Source of the DNA: Acidobacteriota bacterium
Lineage (GTDB): Bacteria; Acidobacteriota; Blastocatellia; UBA7656
Reading direction: 5' to 3'
NCBI GenBank assembly: GCA_038040455.1
Contig: JBBPIH010000039.1
Coordinates: forward strand, 4,998-68,997
DNA length: 64,000 nucleotides
Of this stretch, positions 1-10,113 are shown in pieces (position 1 is the stretch's first letter; each line of letters opens with the position of its first letter). The translations under genes and the position numbers were made by a program. The notes under the pieces were generated by a model. The model was not told where the DNA came from. It worked only from the letters and a program-made list of their open reading frames with translations, and did no database searches.

Positions 1-336
1 AGCCTTCACCCGCACATGCATTTTCGAGGTAAGGATTTCGATTATCGGCTTGTGTACCCGGACGGCACATCGAAGCTATTGTTGTCGGTGCCTCGATGGG
101 ACTTCGGTTGGCAGATGACCTACTTCTTTAAGGAGCCGGTAGCTGCGCCCAAGGGGAGCCGTCTGGAATGCGTCGCTCACTTTGACAATTCCGCGAAGAA
201 TAAGTTCAATCCCGATCCAACCAAGCTGGTTTCGTGGGGTCCGCAAACGTGGGACGAGATGATGATCGGCTATCTGGACTACACGATTGATAAGCAGGAT
301 CTCCGCAGCAAGTTGCCGGAGTCCGGATCGAAGTAG
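1..336 (+). CDS. 5'-truncated paralog of the next gene, giving the C-terminal part of a copper type II ascorbate-dependent monooxygenase-like protein
   Basis: The ORF runs to the left window edge. Its product aligns residue-by-residue with the C-terminus of the 423..1850 product (HxRGKD...WPDG...LLSVP.FDF.WQ...HYDNS.KN..NP.P...W...WDEM). Confidence 0.5.
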   Translation, partial: SLHPHMHFRGKDFDYRLVYPDGTSKLLLSVPRWDFGWQMTYFFKEPVAAPKGSRLECVAHFDNSAKNKFNPDPTKLVSWGPQTWDEMMIGYLDYTIDKQDLRSKLPESGSK

Positions 337-422
337 CACCCGTCAGGCTTGGGCGCGTTGGTCTGACTACGCCTTGACGCCCAGGACCGCGCAACTCTAT
401 GGCTGAGAGAAGGGAGGAATGG

Positions 423-1850
423 ATGAAGCGCTTGCTGGTTGTTCTCATAGCGATTCTTGCCGTTGTTGCGGTGACGGCCCTCACTCGCAGCAGTGCCTCA
501 CAAAAGCCGGTCCCAAACTTCGCCAAAGACGTGGCGCCGATAGTCTTCAACAAGTGCGCAAATTGCCATCGACCTGGCGAAGCCGTGCCTATGTCCCTTA
601 CTTCGTTTCAGGAAGTACGGCCGTGGGCCAAAGCGATTCGCGAGCAGGTGATCGAGCGCAGCATGCCGCCGTGGTTTGCCGACCCGGAGACTTCGCTCAA
701 GTTCCGCAACGACCGGCGGCTGTCGCAAAGAGAGATCGAAACCATCGTAGCGTGGGTTGATGGGGGCGCGCCAAAGGGTGATGACTCGGACCTTCCGGCT
801 TTACCCAAGTTCGCAAAGGGCTGGAGCTCAGGCGAGCCTGACGTGATAATCCCGATGCCAGTCGACTTCGACGTCCCGGCCGAAGGCGAGCTGCCCATGC
901 AGAACTTCTACGTACAGGTCCCGTTCAAAGAAGATCGCTGGGTTGAAGCGGTCGAGTTGCGTCCCGGCAATCCCGCAGTCGTGCATCACTCGATTGCAAA
1001 TGTCACGCGGCTCCCCGGAGGCAGTAAGATCGTCAACGGTCGAGCGGTTAAGGCCGAGCTGAATACTTCCGACGCAAGCCGCACCGGCGGACTGCGAGAA
1101 GGCTCGGAGGTCTTTCAAACTCAGGACTCGTTTGCCCGCGCAGGCGCGTTCAAGCTCATTGGACAAGCGCCCGGCAAGGGGTTTGAAAGACACTATGCAG
1201 GGACGGCGAAGCGGATAAGCCCGGGAATGTATTTCCAGTTCAACATGCATTATCAACCAACCGGCCGTCCAGAGAAGGACCGTTCAATGCTTGGCCTGTG
1301 GTTCGCGAAACGGCCTGTGACTCATGAGGTATTGACCAAGGGCGTCATAGACACTGTGCTGGTCGGCGGGAAGGACATTGGGGAAACCAAGCTGGTCAAC
1401 GGCCGCGAGGTAAAAACGAGAGGTAAGATCCCGAACATTCCGCCCAATGCTGATAACTGGGAAATCGCGGGCGAGATGACGGTCAAACAAGACATTACGG
1501 TGTACGCCTTCGCGCCGCATATGCATCTGCGCGGCAAGGACATCACATACATACTGGTCTGGCCGGATGGGCGCAAGCAAACGTTGCTGAGCGTCCCGAA
1601 GTTTGATTTCAACTGGCAGCTCCATTACGAGCTCGAACAGCCGCTCAAGGTTCCAGCCGGGAGCAAGATGATTGCAATTGCTCACTACGACAATTCGCTG
1701 AAGAACCGCTACAATCCTGCTCCTCAGAAGGAAGTCTTCTGGAGCGAGCAAAGCTGGGACGAGATGTTCATACCTTGGTTCGAGTACACGGTCGACGGCG
1801 CGGACATGACGAAGGTGACTGCCGGCCAGAGCGCGAGCAAGAAAGAATAG
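423..1850 (+). CDS. secreted protein with an N-terminal CxxCH heme-binding motif and a copper-monooxygenase-like (PHM/DBH-type) C-terminal region
   Basis: It begins with a signal peptide ([17 protein letters not shown]) and an RBS, aagggagg, precedes the ATG at 423. It carries a CANCH (CxxCH) motif and the HHS and HMH-type His clusters typical of Cu2_monoox-like proteins. The upstream ATG at 399 is an alternative start. Confidence 0.55.
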   Translation: MKRLLVVLIAILAVVAVTALTRSSASQKPVPNFAKDVAPIVFNKCANCHRPGEAVPMSLTSFQEVRPWAKAIREQVIERSMPPWFADPETSLKFRNDRRLSQREIETIVAWVDGGAPKGDDSDLPALPKFAKGWSSGEPDVIIPMPVDFDVPAEGELPMQNFYVQVPFKEDRWVEAVELRPGNPAVVHHSIANVTRLPGGSKIVNGRAVKAELNTSDASRTGGLREGSEVFQTQDSFARAGAFKLIGQAPGKGFERHYAGTAKRISPGMYFQFNMHYQPTGRPEKDRSMLGLWFAKRPVTHEVLTKGVIDTVLVGGKDIGETKLVNGREVKTRGKIPNIPPNADNWEIAGEMTVKQDITVYAFAPHMHLRGKDITYILVWPDGRKQTLLSVPKFDFNWQLHYELEQPLKVPAGSKMIAIAHYDNSLKNRYNPAPQKEVFWSEQSWDEMFIPWFEYTVDGADMTKVTAGQSASKKE

Positions 1851-1853
1851 AAG

Positions 1854-1982
<129 letters not shown>

Positions 1983-1993
1983 AGCTCAGGCCT

Positions 1994-2557
1994 ATGTTAC
2001 GTGCTCTCCTTTTCCTCGTACTTGTCCTCCAGCAACAGCCTGCCCGGCCGACTGAGCCCAACGACCCGATGCCCCCGCCGAATATGGATTACTTCATTGG
2101 CACGTGGTCTTTCGATTGGAACGTGCCCGAATCGCCGCTGGGTCCAGCCGGAAAGATGAAGGGAACTGAAACCTATAAGAAGATTCTCACTGGTCCCATC
2201 TATCAGAGCGAGATCAGGGGTGAAGGACCGGATGGACCTTTTGAAGGCCGAGCCATCATGAGCTACGACGAGAAGGAGAAACTAGTCACGCGCTATGAGA
2301 TCTTCAGCTACGGTGTGTCTGCTTTCAAAAGCGGCAAGATAGGCGGAGACCTGGGCGGCTATTACACGATCTTCTGGGCAAGCGCGCCGATTAACAAGAA
2401 CGGCAAGGTGATCAAACTGAAGGGAAAAACGCAGATGCTTTCTCCTGCGCACTACAGGCTGCTGCTCGAGGTTTCAGTCGACGACGGCCCGTACACTAGC
2501 CTTGGCAACCCGTGGTTTAAGAAGGTGGAAGCTACGCCCGCTGGAAGAACCCCGTAA
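1994..2557 (+). CDS. hypothetical secreted protein (possibly DUF1579-like)
   Basis: The 187-aa ORF opens with a hydrophobic leader, LLFLVLVL. It is codirectional with its neighbours and has no recognisable catalytic motifs. Confidence 0.4.
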   Translation: MLRALLFLVLVLQQQPARPTEPNDPMPPPNMDYFIGTWSFDWNVPESPLGPAGKMKGTETYKKILTGPIYQSEIRGEGPDGPFEGRAIMSYDEKEKLVTRYEIFSYGVSAFKSGKIGGDLGGYYTIFWASAPINKNGKVIKLKGKTQMLSPAHYRLLLEVSVDDGPYTSLGNPWFKKVEATPAGRTP

Positions 2558-2839
2558 CTCATCAACTTCAACGTTCCGCTCATCAAGAGTGGGATTCGAC
2601 GCTTCGTTGTGTATAAGTCTTCGTGCGGCTTTGTGTCTTGGTGCCTTTGTGGCGGAATTCTTGCCACCAAGACACGAAGACACTAAGCCGCTCTAAGGGG
2701 TTAGAGGAATACCGGCGATCTCGGCTACCAGGATACTGAGCCATTTGAAAGTGACCGCCAAACGACTCGGGTTTCCTCTCGGTGCGACTTTCTATCCGGA
2801 TTTCTCTATGATCATCATGAGTGCCCGCCAAAACGGTGT

Positions 2840-3706
2840 TCACTTTCGCTCAACAAGCTCGATATTAATCGAGTCTGGTCCTTCAATCATCGCTGATCGA
2901 TCGTTGCTGTTGCCGAATCGGTGAAGCTCCTCTAGCACCTTCACTCCAGACTTGCGCAATCGTTCAATCTCCGCTCCAACGTTCGGATAACTCACGGCGA
3001 TGTGATCGACGACGTGCCCTCGAGTGCTTACTAGCGGGCCGGGATGCTGACGGGGATAGATTATCAAATTGATATCGCCGATCCGCACCGTCGTCGCCGG
3101 AGAGCGAATCACACCCAACGGTTCGCTTGGCGCTGCAAAAGGAACTTCGCAAGGACCCGTCCGCTGAGTGGTTGTGCGGCTCGTCGCTCCCAGATACTTC
3201 TGATACCAGTCGGCAGCGCAAAGAGGCGCGTCGCTGTACAGATGCACGTGAATGAAGGCGCGACTCTGTGAAGAATTGATCTCGACCAGTGCGCCGTCTG
3301 GCGCTTTCATGTAAGCGAACAAAGTTCCAGAGCCGAGCCTGGTCATCGGCGTGTGAAACGTGACACCACCGGCGAGGTGCCTTTGATAGTCCGCTTCCAT
3401 ATCAGTGCTGCCCCACCCGAAATGCCAGATCGCAGTGTCTGGCGAAGTCGGCGGAGCAGTCTTGACCTTGTTGAAAAGCAGGTACATGTTCTCGCTTTGA
3501 ACTGCGTCGATTCCGGCAACGGTCGCTTTCCTCGTAACGTCAAAGGTCTTCGTGAAAAACGCGATGGCCGCCGAAGGGTCGAGCGAATTCAGGTGAACGT
3601 GATGAAGCCTTGCTGACGAAGACGCATCCTTCGGCCAACCGGTTGAGCCTGCCCACACCAGAAAGACAATCGTGAAAAGAAAACTCAAACTTGAAGATCG
3701 ACGCAT
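2840..3706 (-). CDS. secreted VOC (glyoxalase/bleomycin-resistance/dioxygenase) family protein with two VOC-like halves
   Basis: The start was chosen at the internal ATG at 3704-3706, which has an aaggagag RBS and a signal peptide (MRRSSSLSFLFTIVFLVWA). It has a duplicated fold with repeated H.H...W.F.W and HV.L motifs. The ORF upstream of this start does not look coding. Confidence 0.5.
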   Translation of the reverse strand: MRRSSSLSFLFTIVFLVWAGSTGWPKDASSSARLHHVHLNSLDPSAAIAFFTKTFDVTRKATVAGIDAVQSENMYLLFNKVKTAPPTSPDTAIWHFGWGSTDMEADYQRHLAGGVTFHTPMTRLGSGTLFAYMKAPDGALVEINSSQSRAFIHVHLYSDAPLCAADWYQKYLGATSRTTTQRTGPCEVPFAAPSEPLGVIRSPATTVRIGDINLIIYPRQHPGPLVSTRGHVVDHIAVSYPNVGAEIERLRKSGVKVLEELHRFGNSNDRSAMIEGPDSINIELVERK

Positions 3707-3851
3707 CGCTTTTGCTCTCCTTAAGGCGGCTGGATCATATGAAGTGTGACCGGGTGCGTCAAGAAGTGGTTGTTGTTGGTCGGCTCTCTTGTTCATCCCG
3801 TGACCCGTGGTTATAGTGAAACGTTCAAATCCAGCTAGCGAGGAGCAATGG

Positions 3852-4991
3852 ATGGCGAAGCAATCATATTACATCGTAGCGCTGCCCGGTGACGGAATTG
3901 GAACCGAAGTGCTTTCGTGTGCTCTAAGAGTCCTCAGCGTCGCTGGTGAATTGTTCAAGGTGGAGTTCAAAGTCGAGGAGATTCCCTGTGGCGGCCACTA
4001 CTACGTCGAGCACGAGACGGAATGGCCCGAGGGCTCGTTTGAGAAGTGCCAAGCGGCCGACGCGATACTGCTCGGTGCAGTTGGGCACGAAGTTAATGGA
4101 AAAACGATCTTTACCAAGCCCGGCAAGCCCTATCCCGATCCTCAACTGGCCGGGTTTGCGCAGGTAATCGGCAATCGAAAAAAGCTCGATCTTTATGCCA
4201 ACGTTCGCCCAGTGAAACTCTACCCGGGCGTCAAACACAAGATTCACGGCAAACTCATTCAGGTTTGGGAAGCGGAGAAAGTTGACTACGTCGTCATTCG
4301 CGAGAACACCGAGGATGCTTACACGGGAGAGTTGGAAGTGATCGAAGGCGGCCGCGTCACGCCGATACGCATTACGCGCAGAGCCACGGAGCGCGTCGCG
4401 CGGTACGCTTTTAATCTTGCGCGCCGCCGGAACAAACAAAAGAAAGTGACGTGCGTCGACAAATCAAACATTATCGGAGCGCACAAGTTTTTCCGTGATG
4501 TTTTCCAAGAGGTCGGCGAGCGCGAATTTGGTGATCTCACATTGGACTACGCTTATGTAGATGCCTTCTGTCAGTGGCAGATTCGCAGCCCCGAGTGGTA
4601 CGACGTCGTAGTGGGCCCCAATCTTGTTGGGGACATCGTCAGCGACAACGGCGCGACAACCGCTGGCGGGTTGGGATTGGCGGTGGGTGGGAATATCGGC
4701 GATCAGCACGCTATGTTTGAGCCGATTCACGGCAGCGCTCCAAAGCATGCCGGCAAAGACAAAGCCAACCCGCTGGCGGCGATCCTAGCCATGCAGATGA
4801 TGCTGGATTGGCTGGGGGCTCGCCACGCGGATGCCCGGCTCGTTCGCGCGGCCGCCAAGGTCGAAGCTGCGGTCGCGATGGTGCTCTCTGAAGGAAAGAC
4901 GCTGACCTATGACTTGATCGGGGAGGAGAAGGCAGCCAGGTGCAGCGAGGTGGGCGCTGCCGTTGAAGAGCAGCTACGGATGATCGTATGA
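3852..4991 (+). CDS. isocitrate/isopropylmalate/tartrate dehydrogenase family (beta-decarboxylating dehydrogenase)
   Basis: It contains the LPGDGIG nucleotide-binding motif, the NLxGDIxSD metal-site motif and GSAPKHAGKDKANP. An RBS, aggag, precedes the ATG at 3852. I cannot resolve the exact subfamily (IMDH, tartrate DH or homoisocitrate DH). Confidence 0.7.
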   Translation: MAKQSYYIVALPGDGIGTEVLSCALRVLSVAGELFKVEFKVEEIPCGGHYYVEHETEWPEGSFEKCQAADAILLGAVGHEVNGKTIFTKPGKPYPDPQLAGFAQVIGNRKKLDLYANVRPVKLYPGVKHKIHGKLIQVWEAEKVDYVVIRENTEDAYTGELEVIEGGRVTPIRITRRATERVARYAFNLARRRNKQKKVTCVDKSNIIGAHKFFRDVFQEVGEREFGDLTLDYAYVDAFCQWQIRSPEWYDVVVGPNLVGDIVSDNGATTAGGLGLAVGGNIGDQHAMFEPIHGSAPKHAGKDKANPLAAILAMQMMLDWLGARHADARLVRAAAKVEAAVAMVLSEGKTLTYDLIGEEKAARCSEVGAAVEEQLRMIV

Positions 4992-5029
4992 GACGGCAGG
5001 CACCTGGGCTATAATCCTACGTTCGATAT

Positions 5030-5113
5030 GCCGGGGTGGCGGAATGGCAGACGCAGAGGACTTAAAATCCTCTGGCCTATAAGGTCGTGCGGGTTCGAGT
5101 CCCGCCCTCGGCA
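5030..5113 (+). tRNA. tRNA-Leu (anticodon TAA), class II with long variable arm, no encoded CCA
   Basis: The acceptor stem is GCCGGGG/CCTCGGC. The anticodon stem AGAGGA/TCCTCT has loop CTTAAAA. The variable arm is GGCCTATAAGGTC. The T arm is GCGGG-TTCGAGT-CCCGC. Confidence 0.85.
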
Positions 5114-5189
5114 TCGCAGTCGCCCTGCTATCAAACGTACTGGCTCGTTCATCCGAACTTCTCCTCGCAATTAGTATCCTAATTCGGGA

Positions 5190-6518
5190 ATGAATTACCC
5201 CTCACGCATTCTTTTGGTCCTCGCTTGCTCGGTTGCGATTGGGCTCTTGGGCCTTCTGTTCATACGCAATTTGATAGATTTTCCGGTGTATTACGCCGCG
5301 GGCCAATCATTGATTAGCGGCCGCACCGATCTTTATGCGCCCGACTTCGCGCTAGGCCGCGTGATGGATTACCGGTATCCTCCGTTCTTCCTCATACCGC
5401 TTACGCCAATTTGGCTCCTTCCATACTCCCTTGCGGCGTACATCTGGTACGTGCTGTCGGTTCTCGAAATCATCGGGTGTGTACTGATAGTCAGCCGGAC
5501 GTTTCCGGCGCTTCGCGAGTCAAAGAAGATGTCGCTCGTCGTAGCGCTCGCGGTGGTTCAATACTTCGTGATGGCTCTACATTATGGGAATGCTCATCTG
5601 CTAGCCACTTTTCTTATGTTTGCTTCGCTCTATTATGTTCTTCACCAGAAGGATCTGGCGGCTGCCGGGTTGATGGCATTGGCGATCACCATTAAGCTAA
5701 CGCCGATCTTGCTTCTGCCGTACTTCGCCGTGAAGCGGCGATGGAAGCTGTTAGCTGCGGTTTGCGTCTTCTTAATAGCGTTCAACGTAGCTCCCTCCTT
5801 ATACTTTGGGGTTCGCGGTAATAGTGAGTTGCTCCGATCGTGGTACCAGCACGTTGTCGCAAGCCAGGAGTTTCATGAAGACAACGGTCCAATAAACCTC
5901 TCGCTGAAGGGACAACTGCGGCGTTATCTATCGACGGTCGACTATTCGCAAAGAGTAGATGGAGACATTCAGTATCCATCAGTCAACGTTGCATCGTTCT
6001 CTCGCGAGCAAGTAGTTCGAGCTTGGGCGGTATTGGCGGTGGGCCTTTTCGCTGGCGTCCTGCTACTCATAAAGTGGAAGCAACGTAATCGTCCCAACTC
6101 AGACGCCGCCGTTCGACGATACGATCCCTCGCGGACTGAAGACGCTGCAGGCTTATCTCACGAATTGGCGCTGATGATCTGCCTGACGTTACTCGCAGCG
6201 CCGCTTACGTCGAAGATCTACTTCATCGAATTGCTTTGGCCGGTTGCGTGTTTGGCGCTCTTCGCCGTTGACGGCACTATGCGTCAGGGGACATTGGCAA
6301 TGAGGGTGCTTGTTGTCGTGGCTTTCGTTAATTCTGTTTTGCCTTTGCTGCCCGGACGCTCGGTTCAAAGGCTTTTGCTTGTTCTGGGAGTTGACTTCTA
6401 TGTGAACTGTCTCCTGATGGTGGGGCTAATATATGTTTTGGAGTCACAACGTCGAGCGTTTCAGACGCAATCCGGCGGACCGCAAATGCGAGACCGGTCA
6501 GGAGCCAAAACGCCATAA
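5190..6518 (+). CDS. polytopic membrane glycosyltransferase, GT87/DUF2029-like (polyprenol-phosphate-sugar dependent)
   Basis: The protein has about 12 predicted TM segments and a pattern typical of DUF2029 mannosyltransferases. The assignment comes from overall resemblance and carries moderate uncertainty. Confidence 0.45.
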   Translation: MNYPSRILLVLACSVAIGLLGLLFIRNLIDFPVYYAAGQSLISGRTDLYAPDFALGRVMDYRYPPFFLIPLTPIWLLPYSLAAYIWYVLSVLEIIGCVLIVSRTFPALRESKKMSLVVALAVVQYFVMALHYGNAHLLATFLMFASLYYVLHQKDLAAAGLMALAITIKLTPILLLPYFAVKRRWKLLAAVCVFLIAFNVAPSLYFGVRGNSELLRSWYQHVVASQEFHEDNGPINLSLKGQLRRYLSTVDYSQRVDGDIQYPSVNVASFSREQVVRAWAVLAVGLFAGVLLLIKWKQRNRPNSDAAVRRYDPSRTEDAAGLSHELALMICLTLLAAPLTSKIYFIELLWPVACLALFAVDGTMRQGTLAMRVLVVVAFVNSVLPLLPGRSVQRLLLVLGVDFYVNCLLMVGLIYVLESQRRAFQTQSGGPQMRDRSGAKTP

Positions 6519-7938
6519 CGACTTCGCCGTCACCATAGTTGAAATGGACCAGCGAACTGACGTTGAATGCCACCGCCGCGCCTAATCCTCCGAGGGCGAT
6601 TCCGCAGAGTTGCCATCGCCTATCCAGCTTAACCATCTTGATCAGCCGCCAAATCTCAACGATGAAGATCGTCATGAACGAGCAATAAAACATCACCCCA
6701 AGTAGGCCCCACCACACGGCAACCTGAACCGGCGTCGAGTGAAAGTGACCCGGCGGCAACCTGCCATTGTCGTACAGTCCCAGGCTCTGCTTGAGCTTAG
6801 CCTCGCTCCCCTTGCCTATGCCCACCAGTGGATTGTCCTTGATGATGCCAAACGCTTCGCGCCAGACTTCCAGCCTATAAGCTGTGCTTCCCTCTTCTGG
6901 ATCGAACACGGATATACCCCGAGCATGCTCGACAGCAATGAGGGCCAATGGAAGCATGATGACAACGCTCGCGATCGCCGTAACGACAACACGGCGGCGG
7001 CGGCTAGCCAGCGCCATAACTGCGACGCCAATAGCCAATCCTGCCAGTGTCGCGCGCGTTGAGGTAAGTATAAGACTCACCGCAAGAAGAGGAATCGCGG
7101 CGCTCAGAAACAATGCCGTTCCGGATCTCTTATTCGGAGTTGCGATCAACAAACCTATGGCTAGCGCCGCGATGAGCTGGAGCACTTCGGCGTAGGTCTC
7201 ATAATGGCTGTAGAATCCGGTGATTCGAAAATTCCTGCCGGGCGAAGTAGTTATCCCGAGGCGCTCGAAGCCAACGCCGCTGGCTTCCTTTATCGCTTGT
7301 CTCGGGATCGAGGTTTCCGCGATGGCCTCCTTCCTTTGTAGCTTGATTCGCAAGCGGCCGCGCTGTGAGTCGATGATTCGAGTGAGATCCTCCGGCGAGT
7401 TGACCACCTTGTCATCGGCCGCGAGTATTATGTCTCCGGTCTTGATACTCTCATTCGCAAACGGGCTATCAACTCGAATACTCTCGATTTGAAGCCCGCG
7501 CCCAATCGCCAGCTTCGCGCCGCTGTAGCCGACATTAACCAGGCAGGACACTATCATTGCCAGAACCAGGAAGGTGGCGAAGCGTATGCTCTTGACGTTG
7601 TTGCTGACAAAATAGAACGCCAGGAAGAACGCCGGACTTTTCAAACCCTTAATACTCACAAGTGGATCGTAAGATAAAAAAGACGAAACAACGCAGCAGG
7701 CGAAGAACCCAAACAGTGCTATGTCGACCCGCGTTCGCTTATGTTTCAGATTCCGAGTTGCTCCGAGCTGAACCCCCCATGCTGCCAGTCCAAGAAGATA
7801 CGCACCCTGGGTGACGGCGATCGAATGCGGAGCGAATAAAGCGTATATCACCAGCGAAAAGGAGATTACCCAGCCGGTGACCACAAACACCCGGCGACCC
7901 CGCGCCGGTGCGACAGATCCGAGGTTGCTGTCTAACAT
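6328..7938 (-). CDS. O-antigen ligase (Wzy_C)-like polytopic membrane protein with an inserted PDZ domain
   Basis: It has multiple TM helices. A PDZ-like block (GLQIESIRVDSPFANESIKTGDIILAADDKVVNSPEDLTRIID) sits between TM bundles. The C-terminal ligase-like core is STRATLAGLAIG....GHFHSTP. The start was placed at the ATG at 7936-7938, because the 79 codons upstream in the 6328..8175 ORF are Cys/Arg-rich and look non-coding. Confidence 0.45.
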   Translation of the reverse strand: MLDSNLGSVAPARGRRVFVVTGWVISFSLVIYALFAPHSIAVTQGAYLLGLAAWGVQLGATRNLKHKRTRVDIALFGFFACCVVSSFLSYDPLVSIKGLKSPAFFLAFYFVSNNVKSIRFATFLVLAMIVSCLVNVGYSGAKLAIGRGLQIESIRVDSPFANESIKTGDIILAADDKVVNSPEDLTRIIDSQRGRLRIKLQRKEAIAETSIPRQAIKEASGVGFERLGITTSPGRNFRITGFYSHYETYAEVLQLIAALAIGLLIATPNKRSGTALFLSAAIPLLAVSLILTSTRATLAGLAIGVAVMALASRRRRVVVTAIASVVIMLPLALIAVEHARGISVFDPEEGSTAYRLEVWREAFGIIKDNPLVGIGKGSEAKLKQSLGLYDNGRLPPGHFHSTPVQVAVWWGLLGVMFYCSFMTIFIVEIWRLIKMVKLDRRWQLCGIALGGLGAAVAFNVSSLVHFNYGDGEVVMAFWLLTGLAFAVRRIASETLDVVTPKHILAPPSGDSSHRSQLPEQAKAFEPSVRAAKAKQN

Positions 7939-8449
7939 GGCGGCTAAGCTTCCGATCAGGCGCTTCGCAGGGCCGGGGGCTCGCTGGCTGTTCTGCGAAG
8001 GCGGGCCGTAAGCGGTATTGTCTAGCAAAAGTCTTGAACCTCGGCATTCATAAGCAAACAGGTGTAACAGCCGTGGGAGAAGGCCACATTTTATGACGCG
8101 CGAGAGCCACAAATCAATGCCGTCGCACATTGCACATCTCGAACTGGTGTGAATAGAAATGGGACTTGACACCAACTCCGCTAATAACGAAGGCTTCGTC
8201 GAACATACTTAAAATCTCATTAACGCACCTCACTTGAAGTGAGTTGTCAATGAAAGAATCCCGGACAAAAGTCCCACCTTTGATTACACCCATCCTCGAA
8301 CGGCACGCGATTTCAAACATACTATCCGCCTATCCGCCGCTCAATCGATGGCCGCCAAGCTTGACCCGGTTATGCCTTTGATGTAGCCTGAAATTACTGC
8401 TTAACCGCACCCTTGCGGAAGCGGTTCAGTCTTGTCGGAGGTAAAAAGC

Positions 8450-8731
8450 ATGGCCAAATCCAAAAACGAGGGCGGGGAGACCGGAACGCGCTTCGGGGGC
8501 AGCAGTGCAGGAAGCGCGTCGGATTATGTGAGGCAAGCGTTTTCCGCGTTGCCTTTTGATCAGAAGTTTTCAACGCTCATAAGAATCGAACTTGATATGT
8601 TGGGCGATGCCGTCGACACCGTTGTCTCGGCTGCGTCGCAAGCGGTCGATGACCTGGCCAGGTGTTGCGAACGCTCTGAACAGTCCGCTTCTGCAACGCC
8701 GGGCGCAGCGGGCGGCGCCTCCACGAGTTGA
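8450..8731 (+). CDS. small hypothetical protein
   Basis: A ggaggt RBS precedes the ATG at 8450. There is no recognisable domain. Confidence 0.3.
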   Translation: MAKSKNEGGETGTRFGGSSAGSASDYVRQAFSALPFDQKFSTLIRIELDMLGDAVDTVVSAASQAVDDLARCCERSEQSASATPGAAGGASTS

Positions 8732-8764
8732 CCTATCATGACCAGGAATGGGTGAGGGTGTTCT

Positions 8765-9100
8765 ATGAGTGAAAGCTTGCAACTACGCGATCCGCTCTTC
8801 AGGCTAACTGTTCGATTTACCAATGGCGAGACGCTGCAGCAAGTAATGACCGATCCCGTAGATTCGAGGATGATCACGCCGGAAATAAAGTACGCCGTAA
8901 TAAGTTCGTTCTCCTGCCAGAACCCTAGCTTGTGCACCGACACAATTGTGGTGAATTTGAGGGATGTCACCTTCATCAAGACTGAGCGAGTTACCCTCGA
9001 GCAACTCGCCTCGGAACACAGAATAGGCATTCGATCAGCCGGAGTATCGGGCTCAGACGACAGGCTGCCGAAGAACCTGGCTCAACTCAAATTTGTTTAA
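8765..9100 (+). CDS. small hypothetical protein
   Basis: The 111-aa ORF is codirectional with its neighbours and has no recognisable motif. Confidence 0.3.
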   Translation: MSESLQLRDPLFRLTVRFTNGETLQQVMTDPVDSRMITPEIKYAVISSFSCQNPSLCTDTIVVNLRDVTFIKTERVTLEQLASEHRIGIRSAGVSGSDDRLPKNLAQLKFV

Positions 9101-9138
9101 CGTTAGCCTGCTCCTCATACGTGACTGGAACCTACCTG

Positions 9139-10098
9139 ATGCTCAATCGTTTGCGAGTTGATGGAATAACAACCACGGCGATTTCTTTTTTCCTGATCAT
9201 CACGGCTCCCGTCAGTTGCCGCGCGCAGACAAGTAACAGAACAGGGGATAATAGAGCTACGCACTTCGACGCTGCTCGCGCCTACGATCACGTTAAGAGG
9301 CTAGTGGCGCTGGGCCCGCATCCGTCTGGCTCGGATGCCATCAAGAAGGCGCAGGAGTATGTCGAGAACGAGCTGAAGAGCTTCGGCCTGACGGTCAGCG
9401 AGGACAGCTTCAATGCCGAAACACCCCGCGGTACGGTGGCTATGAAAAACATCATCGCCGAGTTGCGGGGTGAAAAACCGGATCTCGTGTTGATCACCGG
9501 GCATTACGATACGAAACTTCAACGCGGCTTTGTTGGTGCTAACGACGGTGGCTCCAGCACCGCAGCGGTCCTCGAGATGGCCCGTGTTTTATCGAAGACG
9601 ACTCCCGAATACACGCTGTGGTTCGTCCTGTTCGACGGTGAGGAAGCAGTTGTTGATTGGAGCGCGATGGACGGCAAAGATAACACATACGGCAGCCGCC
9701 ACCTTGCGTCAAAGTTGAAAGCCGATGGCACGCTAAACCGAGTCAAAGCGCTGGTGCTGTTTGATATGATCGGTGATAAGGATCTCGACATCAAGCGAGA
9801 GGGCGAGTCAACTCCGTGGCTGGTTGACGCTATCTGGAAGTCAGCCCACGCGCTCGGCTATCAAAAATACTTCCTGAATAGCGAGCAATACATCTCCGAC
9901 GACCACCTGCCGTTCAAAGAGGCCGGGATACCGGTCGTCGACTTAATTGATTTCAACTATGGTCCTCAGCATTCTTATTGGCACACAAATCTTGATACTC
10001 TCGACAAGATCAGCGGAGAAAGCATAAAAGTCGTTGGCGACGCGGTCATTCGAGCACTGCCTGAGATCTTCAAATATCTTAACAATCCCGCCCGGTGA
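9139..10098 (+). CDS. secreted M28 family zinc aminopeptidase
   Basis: It has a signal peptide and the motifs ITGHYDT, NDGGSS, LFDGEE and LVLFDMIGD, which are typical M28 metal ligands. Confidence 0.65.
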   Translation: MLNRLRVDGITTTAISFFLIITAPVSCRAQTSNRTGDNRATHFDAARAYDHVKRLVALGPHPSGSDAIKKAQEYVENELKSFGLTVSEDSFNAETPRGTVAMKNIIAELRGEKPDLVLITGHYDTKLQRGFVGANDGGSSTAAVLEMARVLSKTTPEYTLWFVLFDGEEAVVDWSAMDGKDNTYGSRHLASKLKADGTLNRVKALVLFDMIGDKDLDIKREGESTPWLVDAIWKSAHALGYQKYFLNSEQYISDDHLPFKEAGIPVVDLIDFNYGPQHSYWHTNLDTLDKISGESIKVVGDAVIRALPEIFKYLNNPAR

Positions 10099-10113
10099 AG
10101 CCTGTCTATGGCG

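Noticed and set aside
5030-5113. tRNA as an integration site for the island
   Set aside because: The tRNA-Leu is 24 kb away from the low-GC island, and no integrase or direct repeat of its 3' end is seen near 29.3 or 34.3 kb.
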